The position numbers and the translations under genes are program-made. A stretch of DNA of 64,000 bases from Octopus vulgaris (taxonomy: Eukaryota), in assembly GCA_951406725.2 (NCBI GenBank), contig OX597825.1, positions 34,286,001 through 34,350,000 on the forward strand, read 5' to 3'. Under the pieces are notes generated by a model. That model had not been told where the DNA came from and ran no database searches. It worked only from the letters and a program-made list of their open reading frames with translations. Below, one piece after another: positions 25,749 through 38,327 of the stretch. Position 1 is the first letter of the stretch, and each line of letters starts with the position of its first letter.

Positions 25749-27039
25749 AACCCTTCAAGGTTGTGTCCCAGCATGTTCTACAGTTCAATGAATAAAGCAA
25801 GTGAAAGATAAAAGATAAAAACAAACAAGTAAATGAAATAAGGAACCACAACTTACTGGTTAATTAAAAATATAATTTCCACAAATCAGTGACTGCTCTG
25901 AATCAGTACGGTGTCAAGGTAAATTTTTTTTTTTTATAATTTTGATCATTTATATTCTGATTTCAAATCTTGTTGGGATCTGTTTGCTTGTTAGTTCTTT
26001 CGTTGGTTTGATAAACTGATTTTAATGAAGAGTGTGGTGAATCAATATATATGTGCTACACAGCTGCATCTAATCCACTCCTAACAAATTTGGGGCTTGA
26101 GTCTAAAGTGAGATATATTTGGTCAATGAGATTGTATGAGTACATGTGTGTGTAATTTTAGTATATTGGTGTGACTTTAATTAGATGTGTGTGTGTGTGT
26201 GTTATATAGGCAATTATATATAAATATAGGCAAATGTTTACATGTATACATGCATGTTTGTATACACATACATATGTGTGTATATGTAATTCACTTGAAT
26301 AGTAGCTGAGAGCAGGACGTTCTTTAAAGTAGCAAACAGAATTTGAAACTTCACTTCAAAAACAATCCTTAGTATTCCTTTATTTTCTTTTTCTTTTTTT
26401 TTTTTTTGTCTATGATTCACAAATCTTCTCACAGATATTCCTGTACAGTACTTACTTGTTTAATATTTTCATTTATTCAGAGAATGTCTGTTGCCACTGA
26501 AAACTATGATGAGGAGGATGTTAGTCATAAAGCAAGTCAATAAAATACGTCAATTTCATCAACTCCAGTGCTCAGCTGGTACTTATCTTATCAACCAAAA
26601 AAGGAAGGCAGGCAAAGTTGACCTTGGTGGAATTTGAATTCAAAACATGGATATGGATGAAATGCTGCTAACCATTTTGCCTGCTGTGCTATCAATTTTA
26701 CCAGTTTGCCAACCTATTGTTAATGTTAATATTAACATCATTCTTAAGTTAATGCAAACAAACTCATATTTAAGCAAAAAACATTTTTGGTAAGCAGAGC
26801 AGTTTCTTCCAGGATTTTGTTAAGGTATACTCATCCAGTAATTCTAAGGTCGTATGGCTGACAGTATTTCTCAGGGCATTCACAACAAGTCCTACAATTT
26901 TTACCTCTTTTTTTTTTTAAACTTTATTGATAGCATAGTGGTTAAGAGAGAGTTCGATTCCAACACTAACAACGATAATAATTATAACAATATCGAAAAA
27001 TACCTTAGGAATGAGAACCCAGGTTCGAAATTTGCCCAT

Positions 27040-27082
27040 GACACCTGAAGGAGGCTGGAAGGTATATCAGCCGAAACGTGTT
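27040..27082 (+). ncRNA. Degenerate minimal hammerhead motif (Penelope-like repeat)
   Basis: GACAC-CUGAAGGA-GGCUG..CAGCC-GAAAC-GUGUU: stems I and II intact, core altered and cleavage triplet apparently deleted. Confidence 0.5.
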
Positions 27083-27167
27083 AATAACAAACACGATGAG
27101 GACAAATATCCGTCAAATCTTTGCTGCTGTTTTTCAACAGATACTATCTAAGTGAAATCATATGATT

Positions 27168-30100
27168 TGTAGTGGAAATACATAATCAGTACCAGGTGGT
27201 GAAATAGCTGCATGTATATTATTACAAGAGCTATTACAAGAGCTATATTATTACAATAGCTGCATGTATATTATTACGGAGCTTTCTCCGTCCGGGTTGC
27301 GGATCCGTGGAACAAGCTGCCAGACGAGATGGTGAAGATGCCGACGACCGCTTTGTTCAAAGCCTCCCTTGACCTCAAGTGGCCTGAACTCTTTACGTGA
27401 ACACCACCCTGTACTTAACTCCATGTCCCCCTACATGGCCTTGCTATTTGCTTTTGAGCCATATTAACTAACTAACTAACTAACAAGAATTCATATAGAG
27501 ATGAAGAATAAATTCAAGCACTATATCTTTACTACATAAAAATATATTTTACAGCTAAGTGGTGGTTTTCAGTCATGTGGCGTAGAGAAATAGATGGACA
27601 TGGCAATTATGTGAATGGCTCTAAGTCTCATCGACTAAGAAGTGAAGAGCAGGGTTTGCAAGCTGTTTTTATTGATGGAACACAAGACATTCTAGAAACT
27701 TCCAAGAGAAACGCTAAGCTTCTTGAATAATTAAGAATCACGTCTCATGACATAGATGCTTCGAGAAACTTAGTAAAGGGAGGTTACTCTATAATCTTTC
27801 TTGTAAGGGAGATCATTCAACTATTTAGCTACACAGACCACTACACACCCCCTCAGCAGAGGTAACATTATACAATAATGGAAATAAAAAAATATATACA
27901 TCATAAAATGTCAAACTGTAGAAACAATATCACAGTTCAAATGTAATAAATGTTTGTTAAATTCTTAGGCCAATGCACTTGTCTACCGCTTTTGGTAGTC
28001 AGAATTTCTGAAGGTATGTGCAAAGGATGCGTTTGTAATGCTGTGTGTGTGTTGTCTGTAATGGGGTTGGAAATAGCCTTTTCAATGTGAGCCGTTTTTA
28101 GTCTATCAACAGAAATAGTGCCTTTACAACTGTTAAGATCTAAGATGAAAATTTAACTGTGCAAGAAAGTACATGAAAGGGTCCTGAATACGGTGCTGTT
28201 AAAGGATGTTGAATGGCATCATTGCAAATAAAAACATGAGTCCAGGAAGAATAGTCCTTAGGCAAATATGTTTTAATGTCTTGTTTTTTGGTGTTCAGAT
28301 GTGGTAACTTTGACATATAATCATGCAAGCATTCAACAAAATTTATAGTATCGATATCTTGCCTGTTTTCAGGAACTTGTGCTACAGTTAGAGAAGAGAT
28401 GTCTGTGAGTGGAATGACTTCTAGCCAGTGGGAAAAATGATCAATACAGGTTAATAAAAACGTGTAGCCCTGACTCGCAGACCAAGGCCCTACTATATCA
28501 ACATGTGCTGGAATTGTGCATCTGGAGTGGAGAAAGTACCTAACGGTGCATGGATATGTTTATGTACCTTGCATCTTTGACAGTCGACACAGATACAAGT
28601 CCAATTAGCTATATCTCGACGCATGTTCGGCCAAATGAAATGAGCTGAAATAAGCTTCAATGTTGCTGTTATACCAGGATGTGAAATATTGTGTAGCACT
28701 GAGAAAAGGATACGGAGATGCTTTTGAAGAACTAAAGTGTGGGGTTTACCAGAAGAAAAATCATAAAGGATTTCTTTGTTTGATGTCACAACTGGGAAAT
28801 GTTGGAGGTCGAAAGGAATTAGTTCTAGTTGTTGTATATATTATCCAAATCAACGGATGGTTGACCTTCCGACATTTCATCCAAGTTAATTTCTGCAGTT
28901 GAAAATAACGTGTTTACAGGTAAACAGGATAAAGAATCTGCAACAATGTTCTCAGAAACTGGAATGTATCATATATCACTCATGAATCGTGAAATGTAAT
29001 CCAAATGCAGAATGTCTTTGGGAGACAACTTATCTGGCTTTCAGTGTAAAGTGAATGATAACAGCTTATGGTTATGTATCATCATCGACCAGTAAATAAA
29101 ATATATTTTTATGTAGTAAATATATAGTTCTTGAATTTAGTCTTCATCTCTGAATGAACTCATGTAATAATATACACATGCAGCTATATCATCACCTGGT
29201 ACTGAATATATATCTCCACTACATAAATTGGTGACCCCAATGTATCATTATAAGTTTGGTTCTGCAGCTAGGAAATGTATTTCACTTTGTACATTTAAAA
29301 CACAGGAAAACTAAAAAGCTGAACTCCAAGTGTGACTGCAGTTCCTGGCACATTTTCTCCTAGTCGCGCATTTCTCGTACTAAATTTCGAGTCTAAGAAA
29401 GAATTTCTAGTCGATTCTGGAGTGTCCTGCAGTATATGGCCATCTAAATTTGTTAAAGAAAAACTTTTCACTTCTGCCAAATGTCTTCAAGCAGACAACA
29501 GCTCTCCTGTTAAAACTTTCGGTGAGATTTCACTCACGCTGGACTTGAATCTCAGATGAAGTTTCCAGTGGGTTTTCATCATTGCTGACCTTCTTCATCC
29601 AAGTTTATGAGCTGATTTTCTCCACCCATTTTTCATTATTAGAGGATGTCAAAAAAAGAAAAAAAAGAAAAGAGACTAATTGATAGCAGTACCCAGTTAT
29701 GCACTTTAAGAATATATTTCAATTCCGCTTCTGTCAGCCCACTATTTTTTATTGCAGATCGACCAAATATCAAACTTTGTTTCAATCCTTTCCTGAATTA
29801 ACAAATTTAACTTTCAGTGTCAATGCTTCAACACATACAACTATTCATCATATAACCACCAATTGATCTCCCGTTTTCTCATGTCCTAGACGTTTACCAC
29901 CTGAAAAATACAAAGCTGCTAAAGCAGAGTTCAGCCACATGCTCCAGCTTGGTATAACTCGTCCTTCAAAGAGTAACTGGTCATCACCACTCCATTTAGT
30001 GAAAAAGAAATCTGGTGATTTTAGATCTACTGGTCACTATAGACGACTCAACGCTATTACCATTCCAGATAGGTATCCTATAACGCGTTTTCAAGATTTT

Positions 30101-31421
30101 GCATCTTCTCTGCATGGTTGCTCTATTTTCTCAAAAATAGATTTGATATGATCATACCATCAGATTCCTGTAATCCCAAATGATATTCCGAAAATGGCTA
30201 TTGCAACTCTATTTGGGTTATTTGAACTTCTTACCATGTTCTTTGGGTTAAGGAAAGCCGCCAGTACTTTTCTGCATTTCAATTGATGAAGTAATATGAG
30301 GATTAGATTTTGTCTGCGCCTATATTGACGATCTTATCATTGATAGTTCTTCCAAGAAAGAACATGAGTTACATTTGAAGCAACTTTTTCAACGGTTTTC
30401 TCAATAAAAAATTTGTATCAACAGTACCAAATGTATTTTCAGTGTGCCTTCTCTCACTTTCCTTGGACACACCATTGATAAGGATGGAATAAGGCCTTTG
30501 AGAGAAAAGGTGGAGGCAATCGTACAAATTCCAGTTCCTGTTTCATTAAGACAGCTCAAACAATTTCTTGGATTAGCTAATTTCTATCGACATTTTATAC
30601 TTTGTTGTGCTGAAAATTTTACCCTCTCAGCAATTTACGGCAACACCACAAGAAGAGAACAGAAAAGATCACTTTAACCCCTGCTAAAATACAAGCTTTC
30701 GATGATGCTAAACAGAAACTCTCTCGCATCTCCAAGTTAGCTTGCCCCATTTGTGATACTGAAATTTCCCTTGTAGTTTACACATGAGAAATTGGCATCA
30801 GCGCAGTCATTCAACAACTTCACCATGGCGAATGTCAACCTCTGGCGATTTTCTCTAAGCAGTTAAAACCAGATGAAACTAAATATAACGCATTCAGTCG
30901 TAAACTATTAGCTATTTACCTCTCAGTTAAGCATTTCCAACACATTTTGGAAAGGAGAAACTTCACAATATTCAGTACCATAGCTGATGATATAGCTGCA
31001 TGTATATATTATTACATTAGTTCATTCAGAGACGAATAATAAATTCAAGAACTATATATTTACTGGTCGATGGTGATACATAATCAAAATGTAGAATCTA
31101 ATTGATTGAAGTAATCAATGCAAGAGAGTTCAGAGATAGAAAATGTAGAAACAACAGCTAAGTGGTGGTTTTCAGTCATGTGGCATAGAGAAATAGATGG
31201 ACATGGCAATGACGTGAATGATTCTAAGTCTAATCGACTAAGAAACGAAGAGCAGGGTTTGCGAGCTGTTTAAATTAATGGAACACAAGACATTCTAGAA
31301 ACTTCCAAGAGAAATGCTAAGCTTCTTGAATAATTATGAATCACGTCTCATGACATAGATCCTTCTAGAAACCTCTATGCAAGGGAGATCATTCGATTAT
31401 TTAGCTACATAGACCACTGCA
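27168..31421 (-). mobile_element. Degraded Ty3/Gypsy LTR retrotransposon with internal inversion
   Basis: LTRs 27168-27844 and ~30973-31421 (TGTAGTGG..CCACTACA ends); purine tract next to 27844 on minus; integrase on minus (HNISHPG..CVDCQRCK); PBS TGGTGACCCC at ~29229; protease FLVDSG, RT (WSSPLHLV, FSKIDL, AYIDDL) and RNase H on plus. Confidence 0.9.
27278..27484 (+). mobile_element. CR1-clade LINE 3' fragment inserted in the Gypsy LTR
   Basis: Matches reverse complement of 43548-43760 (FSVR.ADPWNKLPDEMV); (TAAC)n tail. Confidence 0.9.
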
Positions 31422-32129
31422 AATTGTTAAAGGTTTTCTGCTTTCATGTTAAGTATCTTGCTTTCTCATCTGCAATAAACATTTAAGAGCAGATTCAAAC
31501 AACACATATACTCTTTCAAATTCATTGATGGAACATGGAACCAACATTGCCTTTTCCCACATTATGTTTGAAACTTAAGGGACTAGTTCAAAATGTTCCC
31601 ATTGCCCAAAGATACTAAATTCAGCATCCACTCTATTCAAAACAAAAAAAGGATGAAAGATCTTTCCAAGCCACTAGTTCACAATGCCAGTTTCCTGGAT
31701 TCTGGGACATATTTTTCCCTAGATGACACATTGGTCTGTTGCAAGATTACTCATTTTTGCCAACTGAAGTGTTTCACTAAGAGCATGACTTGGTCCAGGA
31801 ACTGAAATAAGCCAAGTACTAGTAGCAATTTTATATACCATCTTCTTTACAACATTCCAAAACAGTTATGAAATTCTAAATGTCTCTTGAGTGATAATCT
31901 ACTTTATACATGTATGAGTAACTGCTATACATTTGTGATTACCTCCATAAAGGCATGTACAGGACTCAAAACTGGCTGAATTAGTGTTGATGTCAGAGAG
32001 AGAAAGAAAATATGCACATTTGCATTATTCTCACTCTCTCTGAAGGAGAGATTGTTAATTGTGGGCAGACTCAAACTGCAAGAGTAAGTAAATCAATGTC
32101 TTTCTACTTAGGATTAATTCTCAAGTCTC

Positions 32130-34720
32130 CTTCTACCATCTGAATAGGATGAGAGAAAACCCAGAAGAGGAATTCATGAAACTCATTTTTATTGTTGGCT
32201 TATCATGAGCAGAGGTAAAGCTGAAATATTTAGATCAATTATGACATCATTCTAAAATTAAATATACTGAAATAGCTGCTCTTACATCCACAATAGAATC
32301 AGAAACACTATTTGCAAGCAATTGACAGCTTACATCAGTAACAACAACAAACTTTAATGTTAACAAAAAGACTGCTAGCAGCAGCAGTCGTAATATCGTT
32401 AGTATAGTGAAATATCAGTATTGTCTGGGGGACACATAAAATGCATGAATATCCAGCATATGGGAAAGGATGTCACAAATGTCGGAAAGTAGGGAGTTTT
32501 GCAAGATTTTGCCAATCTAAATTTCTGTGTAACATGTATAACGTAAATGGGTTTCCAAGTAAGGCTGGTTTTAAAGTTGGTTTTAATCAAATGCTAAATG
32601 TGAGCAGGTAGATAACCTTGATTTTTGTAAATGATAGAGACATTGGTATTTTGGTAATCATTCAAAACTGAATCACTGGATACGTGATTAGATATCACGA
32701 GTGAACCACCATAGTTTCACGTGATTGGTATCATTATTCACCAACTCATCAAGTCATCCAGCCATGCATAGTGACAATATGAGGGTGGATACTGGAGTAG
32801 TTTGTTTGATAGTTCCATTTTCGTTCACTTCACAATTTAACCTTTCAGTCAAATCATGTTATAAACACTTTACCACTTTTGTTGGTTCAGATCTAAAAAG
32901 GGTTGGATCAATCCTTGTAAAATTTGAACTCATTGGTACAGAGGAATATTGTTGCTTTATTGTAGTAGATAGCACTTACACTTTTGGACTGCTTGGAGAG
33001 TGGAGGCACATGGACTAGTGGTTACAGCAGCGAACTCACGGTTGAGGAATCACAAGTTCAAATCTCAGATCAGGCGATATGTGTGTAATGGTGAACTTCT
33101 GCTGGTAATGGCGAACTTCTGCTGACTCTTTCACCATAACTTTCTCTCACTCTTTCCTCCTGCATCTTGCAGCTCGCCTGCGACGGACCGGCGTCCCTTT
33201 CAGGTGGGGAAACTATATGCCAAGGAAACTGGGAAACTGGCCCTTATGAGTCAGGCATGGTTCTAGAAGGAACGAACTCATTGGAAAAGATATTATTAAG
33301 GACAGCTCATTTTATTTTAAGTTAAACACAAAAACTTTAACAGAGGTTAAATATGTAGCAAGATTTGAAACCAAATGACCAAATTGCCAAGTTAAAGTCC
33401 CAGCTTAGCAACAGCTTTTTCATGTGATCAGCCAAGTTATGGAACAATCAGCAACAAGACATCATGTGATGTATCTTTCTAGAAGCTGCTAGAACATCAC
33501 TTTTACAAAGCTTATATACAGGCACGTTTTGAGCACCAAACTTTCAGCTAGTGGCTGCCCTAAGCTAAGCAAACAATATTCTTTGCTACTCTAGGCACAA
33601 GGCCTGAAATTTTGGGGGAGGGGCCAGTTGATTAAATTGATCCCAGTATGCAACTTAATTTATCAACCCCAAAATTATGAAAGGCAAAGTTGACCTGAGC
33701 GGAATTTGGACTCAGAACATAAAGGCAGGTGAAATACTACTAAGTATTTTGCCTGGTGTGCTAACTTTTCTGCCAGCTCACTGCCTTAAGCTAAGCAAAC
33801 CTTTCTGACATTTTTATGCTTTTAACAATCATTTTCATGACTGCAGAGCTATAGTTCACTGACCTAAACTCAGTCTGTATATTTTGTCCTGTCCTAGCCG
33901 CTTAATTACAGAGCCTTCTAATCAACTATTTGTAATAACTACAAAATTGTTCTACCAGCGTGTAAATTTTGTTGTTGCATTTTTAGTTCAGGACCTACAA
34001 TGGAAATATTTATGCGGTGAAATAAAATTATGTTAATTGTTCATGAGTGTTGTGCATTCATTATATGCAGCCTGAACCCAACTCAACTGCCAGTATTTCA
34101 TATTATTCATTCTATATCTATTGAAACAACGGTTAACACCACCTTGCGGCAAAGGCTTTGTTGCTCATATTAAATGCCAGGATGTGATTTAGCGTGATTT
34201 GTTCAGCAAAACATGTTCTCATTAATTTAGAAAATAAAGTCAAAGATGTGTTGCAGAGGTTGGAAGTGGTGAGTCCTATTACTCCGTCAGATTACCCTGG
34301 AGTCAGATGTACCTTAATCATGATCTGGATAATTAAAAAAGAATGTGTTTCTTCGTATGTGTGTTGATTACAAGGCACATTTAACTGCACATATTGACAC
34401 CTATTCTTTTCCCATATCATCGATTGATACTATATTCTCTAGCATGACAGATGCAAAAGTTTTCTCATCGCTCTATTTAAAGCATGCGTTTGGCAAATAC
34501 CTTTAGCTGAGGATGCAATTGTACTATCAATACAACCAATGGTTTGTACTTAGTCAACAGACTTCACCTAAGTCTTAAGCGTTAAAGTGTTATATTTCAT
34601 AACTGTATAGAAACTTTACTGAAGCGGACTGAAGACGATATCCTCATCTATGCTAGTAACGAATCAAAATTAATGAGCAGAGAGAATGTGGTAGTCACAA
34701 GTTTAACCAGTTATTTTCAA
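32130..34720 (+). mobile_element. Highly degraded Gypsy remnant (gag zinc knuckles ~32415-32520; RT ~34130-34700) with later insertions
   Basis: Manual translation gives PAYGKGCHKCRKVGSFARFC (Gypsy gag knuckle) and LRMCVDYKAHL (RT). Confidence 0.6.
33575..33785 (-). mobile_element. SINE family A
   Basis: TSD TAAGCTAAGCAAAC on both sides. Confidence 0.85.
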
Positions 34721-34745
34721 AGAAAACAAAGAAAAGTTATTTTCT

Positions 34746-35215
34746 ATTAGGTTGTCCCGTAAGTTCTGAGCATTTTTTAATATGTGAAAGGGGATATAAA
34801 ATTGACCTTTCAATAAATTCTATTAAACGAAATAATTTCCATTATTATTAATGACCTTTGCCCATCTATCAGGTTATTTAAATATTCCATCAGCATACAA
34901 TTTGACCGGTTTTGGATGCAAAGTTATCTAGATGCATTCTGACTTCATCTAAATCGTCAAATGCTTTTTCTTGCAATGAGTTCTGTAGAGACAAAAAAGT
35001 GGTAGGTAGGTGACACAATGTCAGGAGAATATGGTGGATTGGGTAAGAGATCCCATCCAAGTTTATGTAAGTTTGTTTGGGTAACTAAAGACACATGTGA
35101 TCAAGCATTGTCTTGTTGGAACATTACTCCTTTCCTGTTGACAATTTGCAGCCTCAATTCTTCGAGTTTTTGGTTCAAATTAGCTAGCTGACGAAAGTAC
35201 ACATCAGAATTAATG
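34746..35215 (-). mobile_element. Mariner transposase 3' fragment with one TIR
   Basis: Minus-strand QQDNA and PPYSPDI motifs; TA-TTAGGTTGTCC terminal sequence. Confidence 0.75.
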
Positions 35216-35841
35216 GCAGGGCTGGATTTATAGGGGGTCGTAGAGGGCAACTGCCCTGAGCATCCACTAGATAGAAGGCTCTCCTGCTATGGAGGGTATG
35301 TAGCATTCAATACAGGGATCACCCACCTCTCAGCAACCTTGCACACTGAGGCTCTCTTTCACTAAACAAACATAACTTAGAAAATGTAATGGACCTTTTT
35401 TTTTTGACAAATAACCATAGTTTTAACTACATTAGTGACATCCATTCATTCACTTAAAAACACTTTACTACCTATTCCCAAAGCAGCCATAATTTCCATG
35501 GGAAATAGATAGCAGTTCCTTTTGGGACATTGACAGAAAACAACAAAACACTCCAAAAAATGTATGCATCTGTGCATGTGTGAGTGTGTGTGTATGTGTG
35601 TGAGTGTGAAAGAGATAGAGAGAGAGAGAGAGAGAGAGAGTACGGATGTATATAAAGGCAGATAAAGCAATTGATAGAAAGAAGTTACTTGTTGTCTCTA
35701 ATTCAAATTCTTTCTTTCAGTGCATGATTGACCACTGGTCATTAAACACACACACACACACACACATATTGCCATTGTAAACTTCCTTATTTTAGTGAGG
35801 CATTGAAAACTGGTCTTATCTTATGAAAGAGCAAGTATGTA

Positions 35842-36864
35842 TCAGGCTGAGTAAAAAGTAAGCAACGTTTTGAAACATGAAATTCATCACAATATATTTC
35901 AACAATGCAGGAATTTAATTCATCAAAGTAAGTACCATTACAGTCAGCATAATTTTGCCGACAAGTTACAAGTTTGTTTGTTCCACTAACATAAAAATCT
36001 GGAGTTCTGGAGCTGATAAACTCTTTGGATTCACTTTCAGCATTGGTTTGATTTTTGAACTCCTTCTCTCACAGGACACAATCAAGGTGCTTGAAAAAGT
36101 GGTAGTCAGTAGGAGAAAGGTGTGGAGAATAAGCTGGGTGGGGAAGAACTTCGTAGCCAAGTTCCCCCAACTTCTGGAGTGTCATTAATGAAACGTGCAG
36201 TTAAGCATTGTAATGAAAAATGATTGGCCTTCTTCTGGGATGGAGGAGTGGCAGTTTTTCGTTCATTTTGGCAATTTCATGGCAATATGTCTCTGCAGTA
36301 ATGGTTTTTCTAGGTTTAAAGAAGATATAGTGGATGAGTCTAGCAGCACACCACCAAACGGTCACCATAACCTTCTTTTTGAAGAGCTTGGGTTTGGGAA
36401 GATTTTCGGTGCTTCATGTTGGTCCAACTACTGCAAAGTACGTTTTTTATTATTGTACAGAATCCACTTTTCATTGCAAGTTACAATTTGGTCAAGAAAT
36501 GGATTGGTCTGGTTACAGAGAAGCAGCAAGCAAATTTCATATCTGTGCATTTTTTGATTTCCATTCAAATCATGTGGTACCCATTTGTCAAGACTTTTTG
36601 ATTTTCCAATCACATGCAAATGGTTGCAGGCAGTTTTCTGGCTAACTTGAAGTTCATTTGCCAGTTCTCGAGTGGTTTCATGTGGATCTTTCTCAATGAC
36701 GGTCTTTAGTTGATCGTCATCGATGACAGATGGGTGTCCAGGCAAGTCTATGTCTGTGTTATCAGACAATTGCAAAGAATGTTTTAAAAAACTTCAAAAC
36801 TCTGCAAAAATCCAGTACGAATTCTTCATGGTTCATAATGTTGCTTACTTTTTACTGAACCTGA
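35842..36864 (-). mobile_element. Mariner element, internally deleted, both TIRs present
   Basis: TIRs TCAGGCTGAGTAAAAAGTAAGCAAC / GTTGCTTACTTTTTACTGAACCTGA, each flanked by TA; ORF 36428-36775 has WVPHDL and IVTCNEKWILY. Confidence 0.92.
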
Positions 36865-37241
36865 TAACATGTTACAAAATTTTAATTTTGAATTTAGTTT
36901 TAATTATAAAATTACATCTCTCAACACCTCAAATCGTTTCTTTTTCAGCTTTAGAATTATTGGCATATGGCATTTCAGAAGAATTGTTCTTGCTATTGTG
37001 AAGACCTATGAGAAGACCAAAACTCATATGTTGTCATCTGATGGAGAAAGGGAATTTTATTGGAATAGCTGTCCTATATATGTTGTAATGGTCACAGTTG
37101 GGACGTCTTTGATCATATCTGTTCCATCAGATTGGATCAAAGATGTCTCAACTGTGACCATTCCATCTTTCTACCCAGACATAGTGGACTCTATGTGTTT
37201 ATCACAGGATAGAGGTTTATTTTATTCTGTATATATAAAAG

Positions 37242-37518
37242 TGTGGTGTGGTGATGAGGGAGTGTGACAGAGAGGGAGGGAGCGGAAGTGGGTCTTGCAG
37301 GTCTCGCAGGGCGCATGCGCCGGCGGAAGCGGAAGTGAGAGACAGAACGCACGTGCGGCATCGACCAGGGCAGTCAGACTCGAGAACGACGCCAAGACGA
37401 CAAGACGCTAGCAAGTTGGCTCAAGGCGAATCCGGCTTCATCTCTACAGGTAAGACCAAATTACACTTCTAATTCTTTTCCTTGTTCTGTTACGCTCCTT
37501 TTCACCACACTTATCACA
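37242..37518 (+). repeat. 5' LTR
   Basis: TGTGGTGTGG...CTTATCACA; matches 41224-41500. Confidence 0.97.
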
Positions 37519-37530
37519 AGCTATTTCGGC
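37519..37530 (+). promoter_or_regulatory. Atypical primer-binding site complementary to tRNA-Phe nt 1-12
   Basis: AGCTATTTCGGC abuts the LTR end; its reverse complement GCCGAAATAGCT is the conserved 5' end of animal tRNA-Phe(GAA). No TGG (anti-CCA) start. Confidence 0.75.
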
Positions 37531-37571
37531 AAAATAATCACTCGGTTTCGTGAAAATAAAAAATAAAAATT

Positions 37572-38327
37572 ATGCAGACTGCTATGATTTCACGCGACCC
37601 TATAACACCGTTTTGCGGCGACACCGACGTGGTCGCTTGGTTGAGGAGGGTGAAGTTGGTGGCGAAGCTACATGGCATAGCTGACCTGGCTAGTTTTATG
37701 CCGTTGTATTTGGATGGCCCGGCGTTGGCGTTATATCTGGAGATGGAGGAAGCGGACCAACGCAGCGCGGACAAGGTGGAGATCCGACTTATGGAGGCCT
37801 TCGCGGAAGGAATGTTCGAAGCGTACACTCGACTGGGTAGGATGAGGTGGACAGGACAGCAGGTGGACGTGTTCGCCGGCGAGCTTAGAAGGTTGGCAAA
37901 ACTTGCGGGATATGAGGGAGAGTCGCTAGAACGCACGGTCAGGTTAGCGTTCGTGACCGGCTTTCCCGACATCATGTCGGTCGAGCTACAGAAGTTCCCG
38001 AACGTGCGTTCGATGCCGATGGCCGAGATTATATCGCGGGCACGTGTACTGGTGTCGTGCAGCAGGTCGACGTCGGTAGCAGCGACTGCAACGTCGAAAA
38101 GTGGCCCAGCTAGGAGCAACGGAGAGGGGCTGGGGAAAGAACGCATGCGGTCGTTTAAGGGACAGTGTTTCCGGTGCCAGGGCCCACACATGGTCCGTGA
38201 CTGCGCGTCGCCCAAGCCCGAGGTGATTTGCTACCGGTGCCGAGAGCCGGGGCATGTGGCCAGCGAGTGTCTGCGGGGAAACGGACCGCGGGAGACTACT
38301 GCGCCGGTAGTTGTCCCTTTGGATTAG
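37572..38327 (+). CDS. gag: Gag with two zinc knuckles
   Basis: 251 aa; CFRCQGPHMVRDC and CYRCREPGHVASEC. Confidence 0.95.
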   Translation: MQTAMISRDPITPFCGDTDVVAWLRRVKLVAKLHGIADLASFMPLYLDGPALALYLEMEEADQRSADKVEIRLMEAFAEGMFEAYTRLGRMRWTGQQVDVFAGELRRLAKLAGYEGESLERTVRLAFVTGFPDIMSVELQKFPNVRSMPMAEIISRARVLVSCSRSTSVAATATSKSGPARSNGEGLGKERMRSFKGQCFRCQGPHMVRDCASPKPEVICYRCREPGHVASECLRGNGPRETTAPVVVPLD

